From the IMG/VR virus record IMGVR_UViG_3300011008_000023, positions 34,594 through 98,593 of that record: DNA of 64,000 nt. One strand, given 5' to 3'. This DNA is from a virus (taxonomy: Duplodnaviria; Caudoviricetes). The notes beneath the pieces are model-generated. The model saw only the letters and a list, made by a program, of their open reading frames with translations. It was not told the DNA's origin and searched no databases. Positions 21,459 to 31,904 of this stretch are shown in pieces; position 1 is the stretch's first letter; each line of letters opens with the position of its first letter. The position numbers and the translations under genes were made by a program.

Positions 21459-22617
21459 TAAGTATATCTATATACTCATCAATATATTCATTCTTAGGAA
21501 GCTTCTTAAGAGCTGTAATTGTTTTGCTTGCAAGCATTGCTGCAACATCATACTCATCTTCCTTAGGGTCTGTTACTGTATACCAAATTAGGAATTCAAT
21601 GAAATCAGTTGCCCAGAAGTAAAATAACTGCATTCCAATATCACCCTTACCAAACCTCTTGTCAAATCTCTTAGAGATGCTGTCTATAACTTTCTTTTTG
21701 GTTTCTGCATCCATCTTAGTTATAGTAACACTTCCGGTAAGGAGCTGATTTACAACTTCCTCAACTGCTGCATCTGTTAGTTTCTGATGTTGTACATCTT
21801 CAACTTCACTAGGAGTAGAGGCTGATGAGCTTGATTTAGTATCTTCCCACTCTAAATCGTCAAATAATGTAGGTTCTTTATAGTGCTTATTGTAATAACT
21901 AGGTAGAGTATTTTTACTATTTACAGTATCATTATAAATATTTGGGTAGGTATACTGAGGAGTACTTGTTTTTGGTGCAGTCTTCTTCTTACTATCCCTA
22001 ATCTCATTAAGTCTACTATCTATAGTATAGAATGGATTCTCAGATTCTTCTTCTTTTATGACATCTAAATAGAAGTACTCAAGTTCTTCTCCTTCAATAA
22101 CTTCTTTTTCTGGAATATCTACTGTTCCATTAAATCCTTCATAAGATAAATTTCTAATAGATTTATACTTAATTTTCCTTGTAATGGCTGCAGTATATGT
22201 TCCTGCATTATTAACAATGAGAGACACAAAATGATTTCTGTCTTTACCTTCTGATTTAAGAGTATTAAGGTCAGTACCGCTAAAGAAACTCTGCATATTA
22301 TTATGAGAGTGTATTAGACCCATCTTACAGTCAAGTAGCTCTGGATTCTCTGCCATATAGCTAATAACATCTGGAGACATATCAAATTCTGTATAGGTAG
22401 TACTTCCTATATCCATAGGCAGAATATCTACACAATTAATTTGCAATGAGTTATCTTCAAATTCTCCAGTAGGAGTATAAAATAGTATACCTGACCATTC
22501 TGTACTCCAAACTCTTTCGCAAAGGAATCTTATGATACGTTCAACCTTTGCAGGAATGATAATTTTATATGTATTTGACCTTTTTATGAGGCTCATCTCC
22601 TGTGGATTTGCTTCCAT
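21433..22617 (-). CDS. JAB/MPN+ metalloprotease
   Basis: TEWSG glutamate and HSHNNMQSFFSGTD (HxHx7Sx2D). Confidence 0.88.
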   Translation of the reverse strand: MEANPQEMSLIKRSNTYKIIIPAKVERIIRFLCERVWSTEWSGILFYTPTGEFEDNSLQINCVDILPMDIGSTTYTEFDMSPDVISYMAENPELLDCKMGLIHSHNNMQSFFSGTDLNTLKSEGKDRNHFVSLIVNNAGTYTAAITRKIKYKSIRNLSYEGFNGTVDIPEKEVIEGEELEYFYLDVIKEEESENPFYTIDSRLNEIRDSKKKTAPKTSTPQYTYPNIYNDTVNSKNTLPSYYNKHYKEPTLFDDLEWEDTKSSSSASTPSEVEDVQHQKLTDAAVEEVVNQLLTGSVTITKMDAETKKKVIDSISKRFDKRFGKGDIGMQLFYFWATDFIEFLIWYTVTDPKEDEYDVAAMLASKTITALKKLPKNEYIDEYIDILNDYVTRLQ

Positions 22618-23707
22618 ATCTAAAATTAATTACATTAAATATTTTTGTAAATATATAATTTCCAATCTCTGGACGGATAACTAAAACAAAATTGGGCTCA
22701 GATTCATTTTCAGCATCTGGTATAGTAACATTAAAATCTGTTCCCTTAAAGGTACATACTTTCTTTCCAATATAAGAACTATAGTCTATTCCATTATTTG
22801 ATTCTGCTACAATATGTCCATTAATGAATTTATATTTTGTAATAATACCTGAATGTAACAACTCATTTAATGAGAAATTTAATATTCCTTCATGGTGCTT
22901 TTTGTTGTACCACTTTATAAATAAGTTGCTAATTCTTATAAAGTACTCCGTAGAGGACATAGCTAGAATATAGCAGTTATTTTGATATGTAAACTTAAGT
23001 TCATTACTATCAATGATGAATTTAATAAAGTCTGCTAAATTAGCTGCTGTTATAATAGGTGAGAGATGCCTTAAACTTATGTGTCCATCTAGATTAACAT
23101 TATTAAATTTAATCATTTGACGTGAATATCCTCCTGCTACAAGACTCTCCAATCTATGATACGGTGTACCCGCAATAGATTCTACTTGTACAAATTTAGA
23201 TAATTCAAGACAGAATAAACCCCATAAATCAGCATCAAATTCTTTAATTAAAGAACAGATAGTACTATTAATAGGTCCTCTTCCTGTACATGGATTTTGA
23301 AATACTTCAAAATTGGTTAAAGGAATACAACTTATATGACTATGCATATATCCATTTACAAAATGTAATAAACTATACTCAGACCTATTTAGCCCAAATT
23401 TTCCACGTAGTTGTCCTGATGTATTAATAACAACCTTTGCAAATAAATGATTTATATCAGTAAACTTATCATACTCATTAGTGACTCTCACATGAGGAAA
23501 GTGAACTAATATAAATATCTCACAAGAATCAATATAGTGTTTAACGGCTGCAACACTTGCTGTTCCAGGGAGTGCAGCCTCCACATCAGTAAGACTAGGA
23601 ACTCCTTGCATATCCACTTTATCTTCTCCAAAGAAATCATTGAAGATTTCTAAGACTTGCAAGGGTTTCTCCATTGCCGTATTATAGGCTTGTTCTAATA
23701 CTCCCAT
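22565..23707 (-). CDS. prokaryotic E2-like (UBC fold) protein
   Basis: YMHSHI...NPCTG, resembling HPN...CxG; lies between the Ubl and JAB genes. Confidence 0.65.
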   Translation of the reverse strand: MGVLEQAYNTAMEKPLQVLEIFNDFFGEDKVDMQGVPSLTDVEAALPGTASVAAVKHYIDSCEIFILVHFPHVRVTNEYDKFTDINHLFAKVVINTSGQLRGKFGLNRSEYSLLHFVNGYMHSHISCIPLTNFEVFQNPCTGRGPINSTICSLIKEFDADLWGLFCLELSKFVQVESIAGTPYHRLESLVAGGYSRQMIKFNNVNLDGHISLRHLSPIITAANLADFIKFIIDSNELKFTYQNNCYILAMSSTEYFIRISNLFIKWYNKKHHEGILNFSLNELLHSGIITKYKFINGHIVAESNNGIDYSSYIGKKVCTFKGTDFNVTIPDAENESEPNFVLVIRPEIGNYIFTKIFNVINFRYGSKSTGDEPHKKVKYI

Positions 23708-23713
23708 ATAAAA

Positions 23714-23757
23714 TAAAAAAATAAGTGGTGGTAGATAAATATTTCTACCACCACTTA
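23714..23757 (-). terminator. intrinsic terminator after the Ubl gene
   Basis: 14-bp stem TAAGTGGTGGTAGA/TCTACCACCACTTA followed by a T-tract on the minus strand. Confidence 0.85.
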
Positions 23758-23763
23758 AGATTT

Positions 23764-24375
23764 TTACTGATTCAGAAAATCAAACATTTCGTCAATGTCA
23801 TCATCAGAGTAAGGAGAGTTATCCCTTACAGTAGTCTTTCCTGCGAGGGTATCACGAATCCAATCTCCCTCATAAGAAAGAATAACCTCATTATCCTCAA
23901 GTATTTCAACCAACTTGAGAATAGCCTCCACAATAACATTGTCACTGCTGTTGTTGGCAGCAGCCTCCTGAGCCTGCTCAATAAGATTCATGAGCTCAGA
24001 GTTCTTGCACTGTGTAAAATTCTTCCCATAGGTAGAAATACATGCATCCTTCAGACCAAGCTCATCAATTGCATCATAGAGAGCCTGACGAGCTTCGGGG
24101 AGGGAAGCACCACTCTTAATCTTCTTATTAGGGTTAGTGAGCATAAATACAAGCTCATTAGTGATATTTCCCTTATAGGAGATATCATGAGGAAGAATAG
24201 ACTCATCAGTGAGGAGCTCAGTGTGTGAGAGTCCCTCATAGAAAGTCATTCCCTCATAAGGGATATTCTGGGCACGAAGAGCAGCTTTGAGTTCTGCAAG
24301 AGTAGTGGCATCAGTGTTAACGACATACTTGCTCTGATTGCTAGTGGATACGATGGTAATGTTTCTTGCTTCCAT
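23764..24375 (-). CDS. ubiquitin-like (beta-grasp) protein with C-terminal extension
   Basis: N-terminal ~89 aa has a beta-grasp-like pattern (ITIV...TTLAELKAAL...LVFML) ending KKIKSG; first gene of the E2-JAB-E1 cluster. Confidence 0.65.
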   Translation of the reverse strand: MEARNITIVSTSNQSKYVVNTDATTLAELKAALRAQNIPYEGMTFYEGLSHTELLTDESILPHDISYKGNITNELVFMLTNPNKKIKSGASLPEARQALYDAIDELGLKDACISTYGKNFTQCKNSELMNLIEQAQEAAANNSSDNVIVEAILKLVEILEDNEVILSYEGDWIRDTLAGKTTVRDNSPYSDDDIDEMFDFLNQ

Positions 24376-24380
24376 AATTG

Positions 24381-25379
24381 TTAAAAATTGTTAAATAATG
24401 ATAAAATAATTTCTTTAAATTTTTGTTTATCTTTTAAGGAGTGATATAAATCAGATATATCTTTACCTCCATTGAATTTTGGTAATACTATATTAGTGAA
24501 CCCTGTTTGTTTGCTTAATTTCTCTCCATCAATTAGCCCTGCTTCATCGCAATCAAACAGAATATAAATGTGCTTAAACCTCTTCTTTAATTCACTAACT
24601 GCAGTATTACTCATTGTATAGCCTTCACCCTGGGTGGCTAAACAAGGAATGCCAGTATTAGACCATAAGCACAGTGCGTCTTTTAATGAGGAGCATATAC
24701 AAATTCTTTCTCCCTCTTTTGGAACTTTGGTCCACAGACTTATTACAGAACTGTCTGTACTAGTGCACCACTTAAAACCTCTCTTATTAAAAGGTTGATA
24801 AATTTTAATACTGATATTTCCTTCTTTCTTTTCTACATATGCGTAGGCATACTTATCTGCCCCAAAAACATATCTTTTATTTCCCTTAGTAATAATTTTG
24901 TGAGATATTGGATATACATCTGCATATTTCAACCACTCTAATGACACTCCAAAAGAGTCCCAATATTGTATATCGTGTTTTCTCCAATCTCGTACTTTGA
25001 TTTCTATTTTGGATTTCTCTTTTTCTTTAAGAATAGTTCTTGTACTTCCACCAACTTCTTTAGTAGTGATTTCTTTATTGTCTTTGTGAGATAGAAAATC
25101 CTCAGCTACTTTATCAAGTACTTCATTGTAAGGGATTTGCCACATTTGAGAAAGGAGGTCAAATAAACCTCCTCTCTCTCCCGTAGCAAAATCATTATAG
25201 CGGACTTTACCATCAAATGTATATATTCCAAACGATGGTTTATTATCAGTTCTCAATGGAGAATGAATTACACAAGGTATTTCAATTATATTTAAATACC
25301 TAGCCGCTATATTGACTTCAGTTGTTCGTTCTAATATGTCTTCGAGGCTTACAGATTTCTTACCAGAACTGAAAGCCAT
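24381..25379 (-). CDS. DNA primase (DnaG-like, TOPRIM)
   Basis: SPLR.D..PSF N-terminus; FDCDEAG and KDISD. Confidence 0.85.
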   Translation of the reverse strand: MAFSSGKKSVSLEDILERTTEVNIAARYLNIIEIPCVIHSPLRTDNKPSFGIYTFDGKVRYNDFATGERGGLFDLLSQMWQIPYNEVLDKVAEDFLSHKDNKEITTKEVGGSTRTILKEKEKSKIEIKVRDWRKHDIQYWDSFGVSLEWLKYADVYPISHKIITKGNKRYVFGADKYAYAYVEKKEGNISIKIYQPFNKRGFKWCTSTDSSVISLWTKVPKEGERICICSSLKDALCLWSNTGIPCLATQGEGYTMSNTAVSELKKRFKHIYILFDCDEAGLIDGEKLSKQTGFTNIVLPKFNGGKDISDLYHSLKDKQKFKEIILSLFNNF

Positions 25380-25390
25380 ATTATTTATTT

Positions 25391-26284
25391 TTAATTAAAC
25401 CAACCTGTAGGGGTTGCAGTTTCTGCAGGTAAATCATCTGCAGAAGTAGCATCTACATTATATTCGTGAAGAGGCACTGCCTCAAATTCAGTTGTAGAAT
25501 AAGCTCCTGCTGACTTACGGTCCTGAAGGTCCTTATCAAGCTTACTGAAATCTGTCACACCATTACGCAGGACCATCTGAGTATATGCAGTTTGATACTG
25601 CTTACCATCATCAGATGTACGTATACCAAACATAATCTTTACTTTGTTGTTTGGCTGATAAGACATAATTTCCTTAAGCTCCTTGAAGTCACCAGCGAAG
25701 AATTTATCAATACCGTCCAGCCTAGCTTCGCACTCTGCAGGATTGTCAACAAGAATCCACTTGCCATCAACATACTTCTGAACATTAGGAATATTCAAAT
25801 ATGTCTTAATGAAGTTGGTGAGGTCCTCCTCTCCAACAAAGCAAGGGCGATAATCTTTATCAAGATTAGCAGGTCCATTAGCATACTGAGGAATTTCATG
25901 ATTATTAGCCTGTTCCTTAGTTACCCAAGCAGTACGGCCATACTTATCAATAACCTGTACTTTGGACTTATCCCTATTGAAACGATACTCCTTTCTAATG
26001 AAGTAGCTAACCCTAGAGGTCATCTCAATACCATTTGCCCTCTCAGCATCTGTTTTGACAATGAAATCTATACGAGCATAGGGAACCTGAGTACCATTGA
26101 CTTCCTGAGTACCTATATACTCAGGGTCTTTATCCATTGTATTATTATAGATAGCCTCAAGTTCTCCTTTAGTAGGATTAGTACTTACTACAAATACAGG
26201 AGCAACCCCAATATAACGTTTAAATTCACCACTCTCTGTGGTAACCTTACCTGCTGAAAATGCCATAAAAGAATAATTACCCAT
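25391..26284 (-). CDS. putative single-stranded DNA-binding protein
   Basis: Lies next to primase; acidic tail ending in aromatic residues (…ADDLP…GWFN); high-expression codon usage. Confidence 0.55.
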   Translation of the reverse strand: MGNYSFMAFSAGKVTTESGEFKRYIGVAPVFVVSTNPTKGELEAIYNNTMDKDPEYIGTQEVNGTQVPYARIDFIVKTDAERANGIEMTSRVSYFIRKEYRFNRDKSKVQVIDKYGRTAWVTKEQANNHEIPQYANGPANLDKDYRPCFVGEEDLTNFIKTYLNIPNVQKYVDGKWILVDNPAECEARLDGIDKFFAGDFKELKEIMSYQPNNKVKIMFGIRTSDDGKQYQTAYTQMVLRNGVTDFSKLDKDLQDRKSAGAYSTTEFEAVPLHEYNVDATSADDLPAETATPTGWFN

Positions 26285-26293
26285 GATTAAATT

Positions 26294-26563
26294 TTATAAA
26301 GTTTCTACCACCTCTACAGATTCACTTGTTGTAACTTCTGTTTCAGGAAGATTTCCTCCAAAAGTAATGCACTGCTCAGAAGTATATCCACCAGTCATAA
26401 CCTTAATAGGAGTTTCCCAAGCATCAATCTGCTCATTGATGCTAATCAACTCGGCTGCGAGTTCACGCATACGAGCATTAACTTTCTCACGCTGCGTAAC
26501 CAATTTCTTGGTGTTCTGTGCTGTACGCTTTACCGCAGCCATCTGAAATCTGTTTAATACCAT
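26294..26563 (-). CDS. hypothetical coiled-coil protein
   Basis: 89-aa ORF. Confidence 0.7.
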   Translation of the reverse strand: MVLNRFQMAAVKRTAQNTKKLVTQREKVNARMRELAAELISINEQIDAWETPIKVMTGGYTSEQCITFGGNLPETEVTTSESVEVVETL

Positions 26564-26569
26564 AATTGT

Positions 26570-26833
26570 TTAAAAAACTGTAATAAGAATATTGTTTTTA
26601 TCAGTAATTCTATTTATCTTATATTCCTGTTCAAGTAGTACTAAGGTAGGGTTAATAATAGAGCTTAGTAGGATGGGATTGCTACTAATTAATTCTATTA
26701 CACTTGCTCTATCCCTAAGTTCTCTAAGGTCACATAAATGATTAAATAGAATCATGAAGTCATTAACTTTTTTACTTTGAATGAATTTATTTATATCATT
26801 TATAATGGTTTCTTTCTCAGCCATAATATTCAT
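26570..26833 (-). CDS. hypothetical protein
   Basis: Packed ORF. Confidence 0.65.
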   Translation of the reverse strand: MNIMAEKETIINDINKFIQSKKVNDFMILFNHLCDLRELRDRASVIELISSNPILLSSIINPTLVLLEQEYKINRITDKNNILITVF

Positions 26834-27494
26834 TCATTGCTTTTACTACTGCACCTAAGTCATTAGGAATGAAATCTTCAGAAAACATCTCATCAGGAGT
26901 TTTTGCAGGAATCTGCACTGCTCCTTCCATAGCTGCATGAGTATAGAATCCATATGAAGGCTTACCCTTGTCATCAAATTTAATGGCTGAATAAAGTACC
27001 ATAGGTACAACCTCAATAGGATTATACTGATTATCAAGCAATTGACCGATTGTACTTACTTTATAACCAACAGTAGTTTTGTCACTCTGAACATCTTCAC
27101 TATGAAGAATCAAGAATACATTAATATCTTCACGCATCTGTTCACAAGTAGAAATTATCTGCTGGAAATGTTGGGCAAGTTCTGTATATTTACCATAACC
27201 AGTTTCTTTAGCCCTCTTGAAATACTCCTTCCTCATAATATAGATACAATCATCTAGAATGATGTTCTTTATATGAGGTTGACCATTACAAGCCTGCAAA
27301 AGATTAATCATCTGCTGATAATCTTCGATTCTGAAAAGATTCTTTTTCTCTGTGTTATAGATAGTGCTACTTCCTTTAAATGGAAGTTTCTTACCTAACA
27401 CATTAATAATAATAGTCTCTTCAGGATTGAGAGTTTTGATACTAGTAGATTTACCAGTACCACTTTTGCCTAAAAGCATTACAACATTTGCCAT
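26817..27494 (-). CDS. AAA_24/Sak4-like P-loop ATPase (recombination)
   Basis: GKSGTGKS Walker A, IILDD and AKTP. Confidence 0.8.
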   Translation of the reverse strand: MANVVMLLGKSGTGKSTSIKTLNPEETIIINVLGKKLPFKGSSTIYNTEKKNLFRIEDYQQMINLLQACNGQPHIKNIILDDCIYIMRKEYFKRAKETGYGKYTELAQHFQQIISTCEQMREDINVFLILHSEDVQSDKTTVGYKVSTIGQLLDNQYNPIEVVPMVLYSAIKFDDKGKPSYGFYTHAAMEGAVQIPAKTPDEMFSEDFIPNDLGAVVKAMNEYYG

Positions 27495-28618
27495 AAACGT
27501 TTAAATTTAATCATATATCTAAAGAAAATCTTATTTGCTTTAGGACGGATAGAATCCATATACTTATATATCTCTGCCAGTCCCTCTTTATCTTCTGGTG
27601 GTGGAAGTTCTTTAAAAGTACAAGTAGCACCATCAAAGTATAACGCCACTATTCCTCCCATTTCTCCATCTCTGTTAACACACATTTCTAGGAATCTAAT
27701 ATTATCTTTAAACTTTGTAATATCATATCCCATATATTCTTTTAATCCAAACTTAAATGGACTAAATAGACCCATTAATATATTAACATCTCTCTGAACA
27801 TACTTACTATCACTTAATCCTGCGCCAGAAGGTCTAATCCTATTCAACTTAAAACTGTCATTACTTTCATTTTCAGTTGATTGCTGTTGAATAACTATAG
27901 GAATAAATGTATATCTATTTCTCAAATTAGTTCCAAGGTACTCACTTAGTTTATCTATAGATTCTTTCTTAGACATTCCTCTCTCTTGGCTAATAAGACT
28001 AATGTGGTCTATTACTACTACTCTATATTCAAATGGGTCATTGGGTTCGTATCTATCAAAGACTTCCTCTTGATTAAATGGGACTGTCTTCTTATAGGTA
28101 GTTCCATTAGCCTCTGCATATCTTTTACATTCATAGAAGATTCCTGTAGGATTAGATGTTGGGCTAAATATTATAGTATTTTCAAAGAATTCAATGTACT
28201 TTACATAATTTTCAGACTCTAGTTTGTCAAGAATTTCTTGAGGAACTGGAGAATCATTTCTACTACTTCTTAGATTTGAAGGAGATATTCTTATTCTATC
28301 CAATCTATAAAGAAGCCAACTTTGAAATCTATTTAGTATCTTTTCATCAGTCTCTTCTAGATTGAAATAAAAAATCCTTAATCTCATTATATCCTGATGC
28401 TCATATGCAAATATCAAAGCTTCAAAAAGGAGATTTAATACAAATTGAGTCTTTCCGCCTTTAGTATAAGAAGTAATGCCATAATATGTACTTTGCTCTA
28501 GCCCTATAAAATCTGTCATAAACCTTTTGAAAGGAGACGGAATACTATTAATGTTACCATCAAGTAGATTCTGTCTCCTTTTCTTCAAGGTTTCCATTAC
28601 TCTTTCTCTTAAAGTCAT
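27479..28618 (-). CDS. DnaB-like replicative helicase
   Basis: TKGGKT, LEE, VIDHISL, QQ and NRDG. Confidence 0.85.
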   Translation of the reverse strand: MTLRERVMETLKKRRQNLLDGNINSIPSPFKRFMTDFIGLEQSTYYGITSYTKGGKTQFVLNLLFEALIFAYEHQDIMRLRIFYFNLEETDEKILNRFQSWLLYRLDRIRISPSNLRSSRNDSPVPQEILDKLESENYVKYIEFFENTIIFSPTSNPTGIFYECKRYAEANGTTYKKTVPFNQEEVFDRYEPNDPFEYRVVVIDHISLISQERGMSKKESIDKLSEYLGTNLRNRYTFIPIVIQQQSTENESNDSFKLNRIRPSGAGLSDSKYVQRDVNILMGLFSPFKFGLKEYMGYDITKFKDNIRFLEMCVNRDGEMGGIVALYFDGATCTFKELPPPEDKEGLAEIYKYMDSIRPKANKIFFRYMIKFKRLWQML

Positions 28619-29199
28619 CGCAATTCAGTTAACCAATTTTCATTTAGAGAATCAGATTCTTCAGGATTTTGTATTAGAGAAAGAAAATCGGAGCGTACAT
28701 CTCCTGTAGTTTTATCTGTTTTAAGAATAAAATACTTTAGTAGCTGCATATATCTGAAGTCCCCATTAAATGAATCCACATACTTCCTAGTTGCCTCAAG
28801 AGCCTCTTCTTCTGTAAACTTTACTCCAAACTTAGCTACTAAAGTCTTTAGTTTTCTAGCAATAATAGGGATACTGTCTCTCCAATAATATGTTGTACCT
28901 TCCTTTCTACCTTCAGGAAAGAGCTCCCTCATTTTCTTTGCAAGGTCATTAAATTCTCTTTCTTTGTTAATAGTAGTTTTGTCTGAATCAATAATTATTG
29001 AAGCTATTAACTCCTTGGTATTATTACTTACTACTGCACTTACTTTATTATGTAAATCTCTATCAACAATGCCTACTTCTATAAGATGTTTTATAGTAGC
29101 TTCTATATCAACCTCTTTAGAACATAAATATAATACTAGAAATTCATCTAAAGTAAGATTATGCTTTTCTAAAACAGCATCATTAATTGTTATATTCAT
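28615..29199 (-). CDS. hypothetical protein, possible replication initiator/helicase loader
   Basis: Predicted wHTH-like N-terminus; directly upstream of DnaB. Confidence 0.45.
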   Translation of the reverse strand: MNITINDAVLEKHNLTLDEFLVLYLCSKEVDIEATIKHLIEVGIVDRDLHNKVSAVVSNNTKELIASIIIDSDKTTINKEREFNDLAKKMRELFPEGRKEGTTYYWRDSIPIIARKLKTLVAKFGVKFTEEEALEATRKYVDSFNGDFRYMQLLKYFILKTDKTTGDVRSDFLSLIQNPEESDSLNENWLTELR

Positions 29200-30401
29200 A
29201 GCAGTATTTCTGTTATATATTTATCATCAATATTTTCTATTGCTGTTTTTAAATACTCTTCATCTCTTGTACCTTTATAATATATAATATATTGTACAGG
29301 AGATTCTGCTCTAAGGGCTCTACCAAACTTTTGAATGAATGCTCTTTCTTCTCCATCAAGTTGTATAATAATACCAACTTGAATATCATTAAGATTCATT
29401 CCTTCTTGTAACATTCCAACAGCAAATAAACTATTGGTTTCTTTATTATTGAACTTCTCAATAATCTCAAGAGGATTCTTCTTCTTTGAATGAATAGCAT
29501 TCTTTCCGCCAAGTGCTTCTGACTGTTCTATATTAGTACAGAAACATATAAACCTTTTATCTTTAACTTTTTCTAACAAAGACTTGGCTATAGGTGTCTT
29601 TAATAATCCAAGATATTGTTTTCTTTTACTTCCACATTGAAGCCACTTATTCTTCAATATTTCATTTCTACTAAACATATATCTTTTCTTGTAGTACTCA
29701 AACTGTTCAGTTATATAATCATACTTTTGTTTTTGAGTACAATGAATTATTAATTTACCATTAGGAACTCTCTTTTTATCTCTAAGATATTTCCATCTTT
29801 CTGCAAAAGTACATTCTGCAGTAAGTCTTTTGTCTTTTTTACCCCACTCTTCTATAATAGTTTCTGAAGGTGTGGTATTATCTAATGTTAAAGATATTAA
29901 CTTAATCTTTGGTTCTGGTAATACATTAGCACTAAAAGCATCTTGTAATCCCATCTTTATGTTAATAATGTGACCACAAGATATTTCTAATCTAGACAAC
30001 AAAGAGTCCTTAAGCGTTGCTGATAGAAATACTCTATAAGTAGCCTCTAAAGTATCAAATGTGTCTAATCTTAATTCAGAGTTTAAATGGTGAGCCTCAT
30101 CAAATATAATTACATCCCACTTGCTGTCTCTATAATTCTTCAAAGATGCATAGCATATGATAGTAATCTTTCCAAAAGGTTGGTTCCATTTAATAAACTC
30201 TGCATTCCAGTTATCAAAGTGTGCTCTTTCTGCTACAACAAGTAGAGCCTTCAAAGGCCCAAGCCTTTTTGTTGATATTTCATAACACAAATCAATAGCT
30301 ATCTTAGATTTTCCTACTCCAGTTGCTGCCTGAATAGCAATATTATTGTTGCCTTCTTCAAGAGCTTTAACTACAGCATCTCTTAATTCTTCTCTTGTCA
30401 T
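29196..30401 (-). CDS. SF2 DEAH helicase
   Basis: ATGVGKS, DEAHH, SAT and QKFGRALR. Confidence 0.9.
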   Translation of the reverse strand: MTREELRDAVVKALEEGNNNIAIQAATGVGKSKIAIDLCYEISTKRLGPLKALLVVAERAHFDNWNAEFIKWNQPFGKITIICYASLKNYRDSKWDVIIFDEAHHLNSELRLDTFDTLEATYRVFLSATLKDSLLSRLEISCGHIINIKMGLQDAFSANVLPEPKIKLISLTLDNTTPSETIIEEWGKKDKRLTAECTFAERWKYLRDKKRVPNGKLIIHCTQKQKYDYITEQFEYYKKRYMFSRNEILKNKWLQCGSKRKQYLGLLKTPIAKSLLEKVKDKRFICFCTNIEQSEALGGKNAIHSKKKNPLEIIEKFNNKETNSLFAVGMLQEGMNLNDIQVGIIIQLDGEERAFIQKFGRALRAESPVQYIIYYKGTRDEEYLKTAIENIDDKYITEILL

Positions 30402-30419
30402 ATCTAAATTAAGTTAAAA

Positions 30420-30836
30420 TTAGTTGTTATACACTATTTTAGCACCCTTACCCACTATGTTCTCAATAATGGAGTCCAAAGTAGTATACCAAGCATAATC
30501 ATAGGCAATTGTTATAAGAACAACATGATTTATTGAATTATCTGATACCCTTTCAGCATCATGATTGTTGTTATAAAGTGCAAGTACCTGTCTTATATAA
30601 TCTACATCTTTAGATGATTTAGGAGTGCAAATATAAACTTCATTTTCACAATTACCTATATCAAATACATAATCCTCTGGAACTACTTTAGATGCCATAT
30701 TTCTTAATCTGGACATAATACAGCATTTTGCAGTTTTCTCATATTCTATACACTCCTTTTCTGAATCAAATTCTGTCCCATCTACTGCAATATAGAAAGT
30801 ATCTGATACTTCTCTTTTTCTATTTTCTATCTTCAT
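30420..30836 (-). CDS. hypothetical protein
   Basis: YIAVDGTEF...C..YE motif. Confidence 0.7.
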   Translation of the reverse strand: MKIENRKREVSDTFYIAVDGTEFDSEKECIEYEKTAKCCIMSRLRNMASKVVPEDYVFDIGNCENEVYICTPKSSKDVDYIRQVLALYNNNHDAERVSDNSINHVVLITIAYDYAWYTTLDSIIENIVGKGAKIVYNN

Positions 30837-30872
30837 TATATAACATTTAAAATTATACCAAACCCTATTGGT

Positions 30873-31904
30873 TTACATCAGTTTCTCCAATTCTTCGTAA
30901 AGAGAGAACATCTCTTCCCGGTAATTCTCGTCTGGCATGAGATGATATGCAACGTATTTCAATGCTTTCATCTGCTTCTTGCTGGGCTTCCAATGAGGCT
31001 GAGAATAACCCGTGACTGCCTTACGGAAAGAATCATACATTTCCTCCATCGAATCAAAGTCATTTGTAATGATTTCACAATAACGTCCTCGTGAACTGCT
31101 CTGGTCCCAGGAGTAGAAAGTATCATCAAACCATTGGATTGCTTTCTCTATGGATAGTTCTTTGTGAGGCTGAGGACGGAGGGATTTGAGCCAGTCAATT
31201 TCCTTCTCAACATACGCTTTGTGGTCTTGGGGGTCAGAACCGAATGTGCAACAGTATCCTTGAAGTGAACTAATTACTTTATCAATCATATCTTTATCCT
31301 CCTCGCTCCACTCTACGGGCTTCTGCTCGATTGGGATGATTTCCCGCTTTTCTATGTCCAATCGGTATCCGGCTATTTCCGCCATCTTTGCCAGATAAAG
31401 TATCTCCGCTTCCGTTGCCGGACGGAAACCATAAGCAACGAATCTATCGGGAACACTTGTACCCTGTCCGTAAAACTGCTTTGAATCGCAGAAATACCAC
31501 GACTTTATGATTGGCCTCCCTTCAAATGAGGATATTTCATCAACTATAAGAACGATTGACCCATACGCTAGAATGTCTCCCTTCTTTGCATTGTGGATAT
31601 TCCATTCTGTGGTTTTCTGCTCTTTCTGTTTTTCGAGATAGGCAATGCAGTCATCCTTTTCTTTTTGGCCGTACCAACAACATCCGGGACTTTTCTTCAA
31701 AATGTCAATGATTTTTCCCTTTATCCTCTCGTCCTCGCTCTCTTTGAGTTCGGGAAATAAATTTCTGAAAAGATACTCCATGTCTTTCTTGTGATAATCC
31801 TTGCAAACGTAATTCTCATCTGTATGTTGTAGTAGGTCTTTAGCATACTCAATAGCCTTATCGTATGCTTTTGCTTTTTCTTCTTGTGTCATAGCTTTAG
31901 TCAA
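30873..31904 (-). CDS. hypothetical mosaic Bacteroidota-phage protein
   Basis: PELKESEDER, WSEEDK and WKPS..QM modules; visibly more GC-rich than its flanks. Confidence 0.7.
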   Translation of the reverse strand: MTKAMTQEEKAKAYDKAIEYAKDLLQHTDENYVCKDYHKKDMEYLFRNLFPELKESEDERIKGKIIDILKKSPGCCWYGQKEKDDCIAYLEKQKEQKTTEWNIHNAKKGDILAYGSIVLIVDEISSFEGRPIIKSWYFCDSKQFYGQGTSVPDRFVAYGFRPATEAEILYLAKMAEIAGYRLDIEKREIIPIEQKPVEWSEEDKDMIDKVISSLQGYCCTFGSDPQDHKAYVEKEIDWLKSLRPQPHKELSIEKAIQWFDDTFYSWDQSSSRGRYCEIITNDFDSMEEMYDSFRKAVTGYSQPHWKPSKKQMKALKYVAYHLMPDENYREEMFSLYEELEKLM

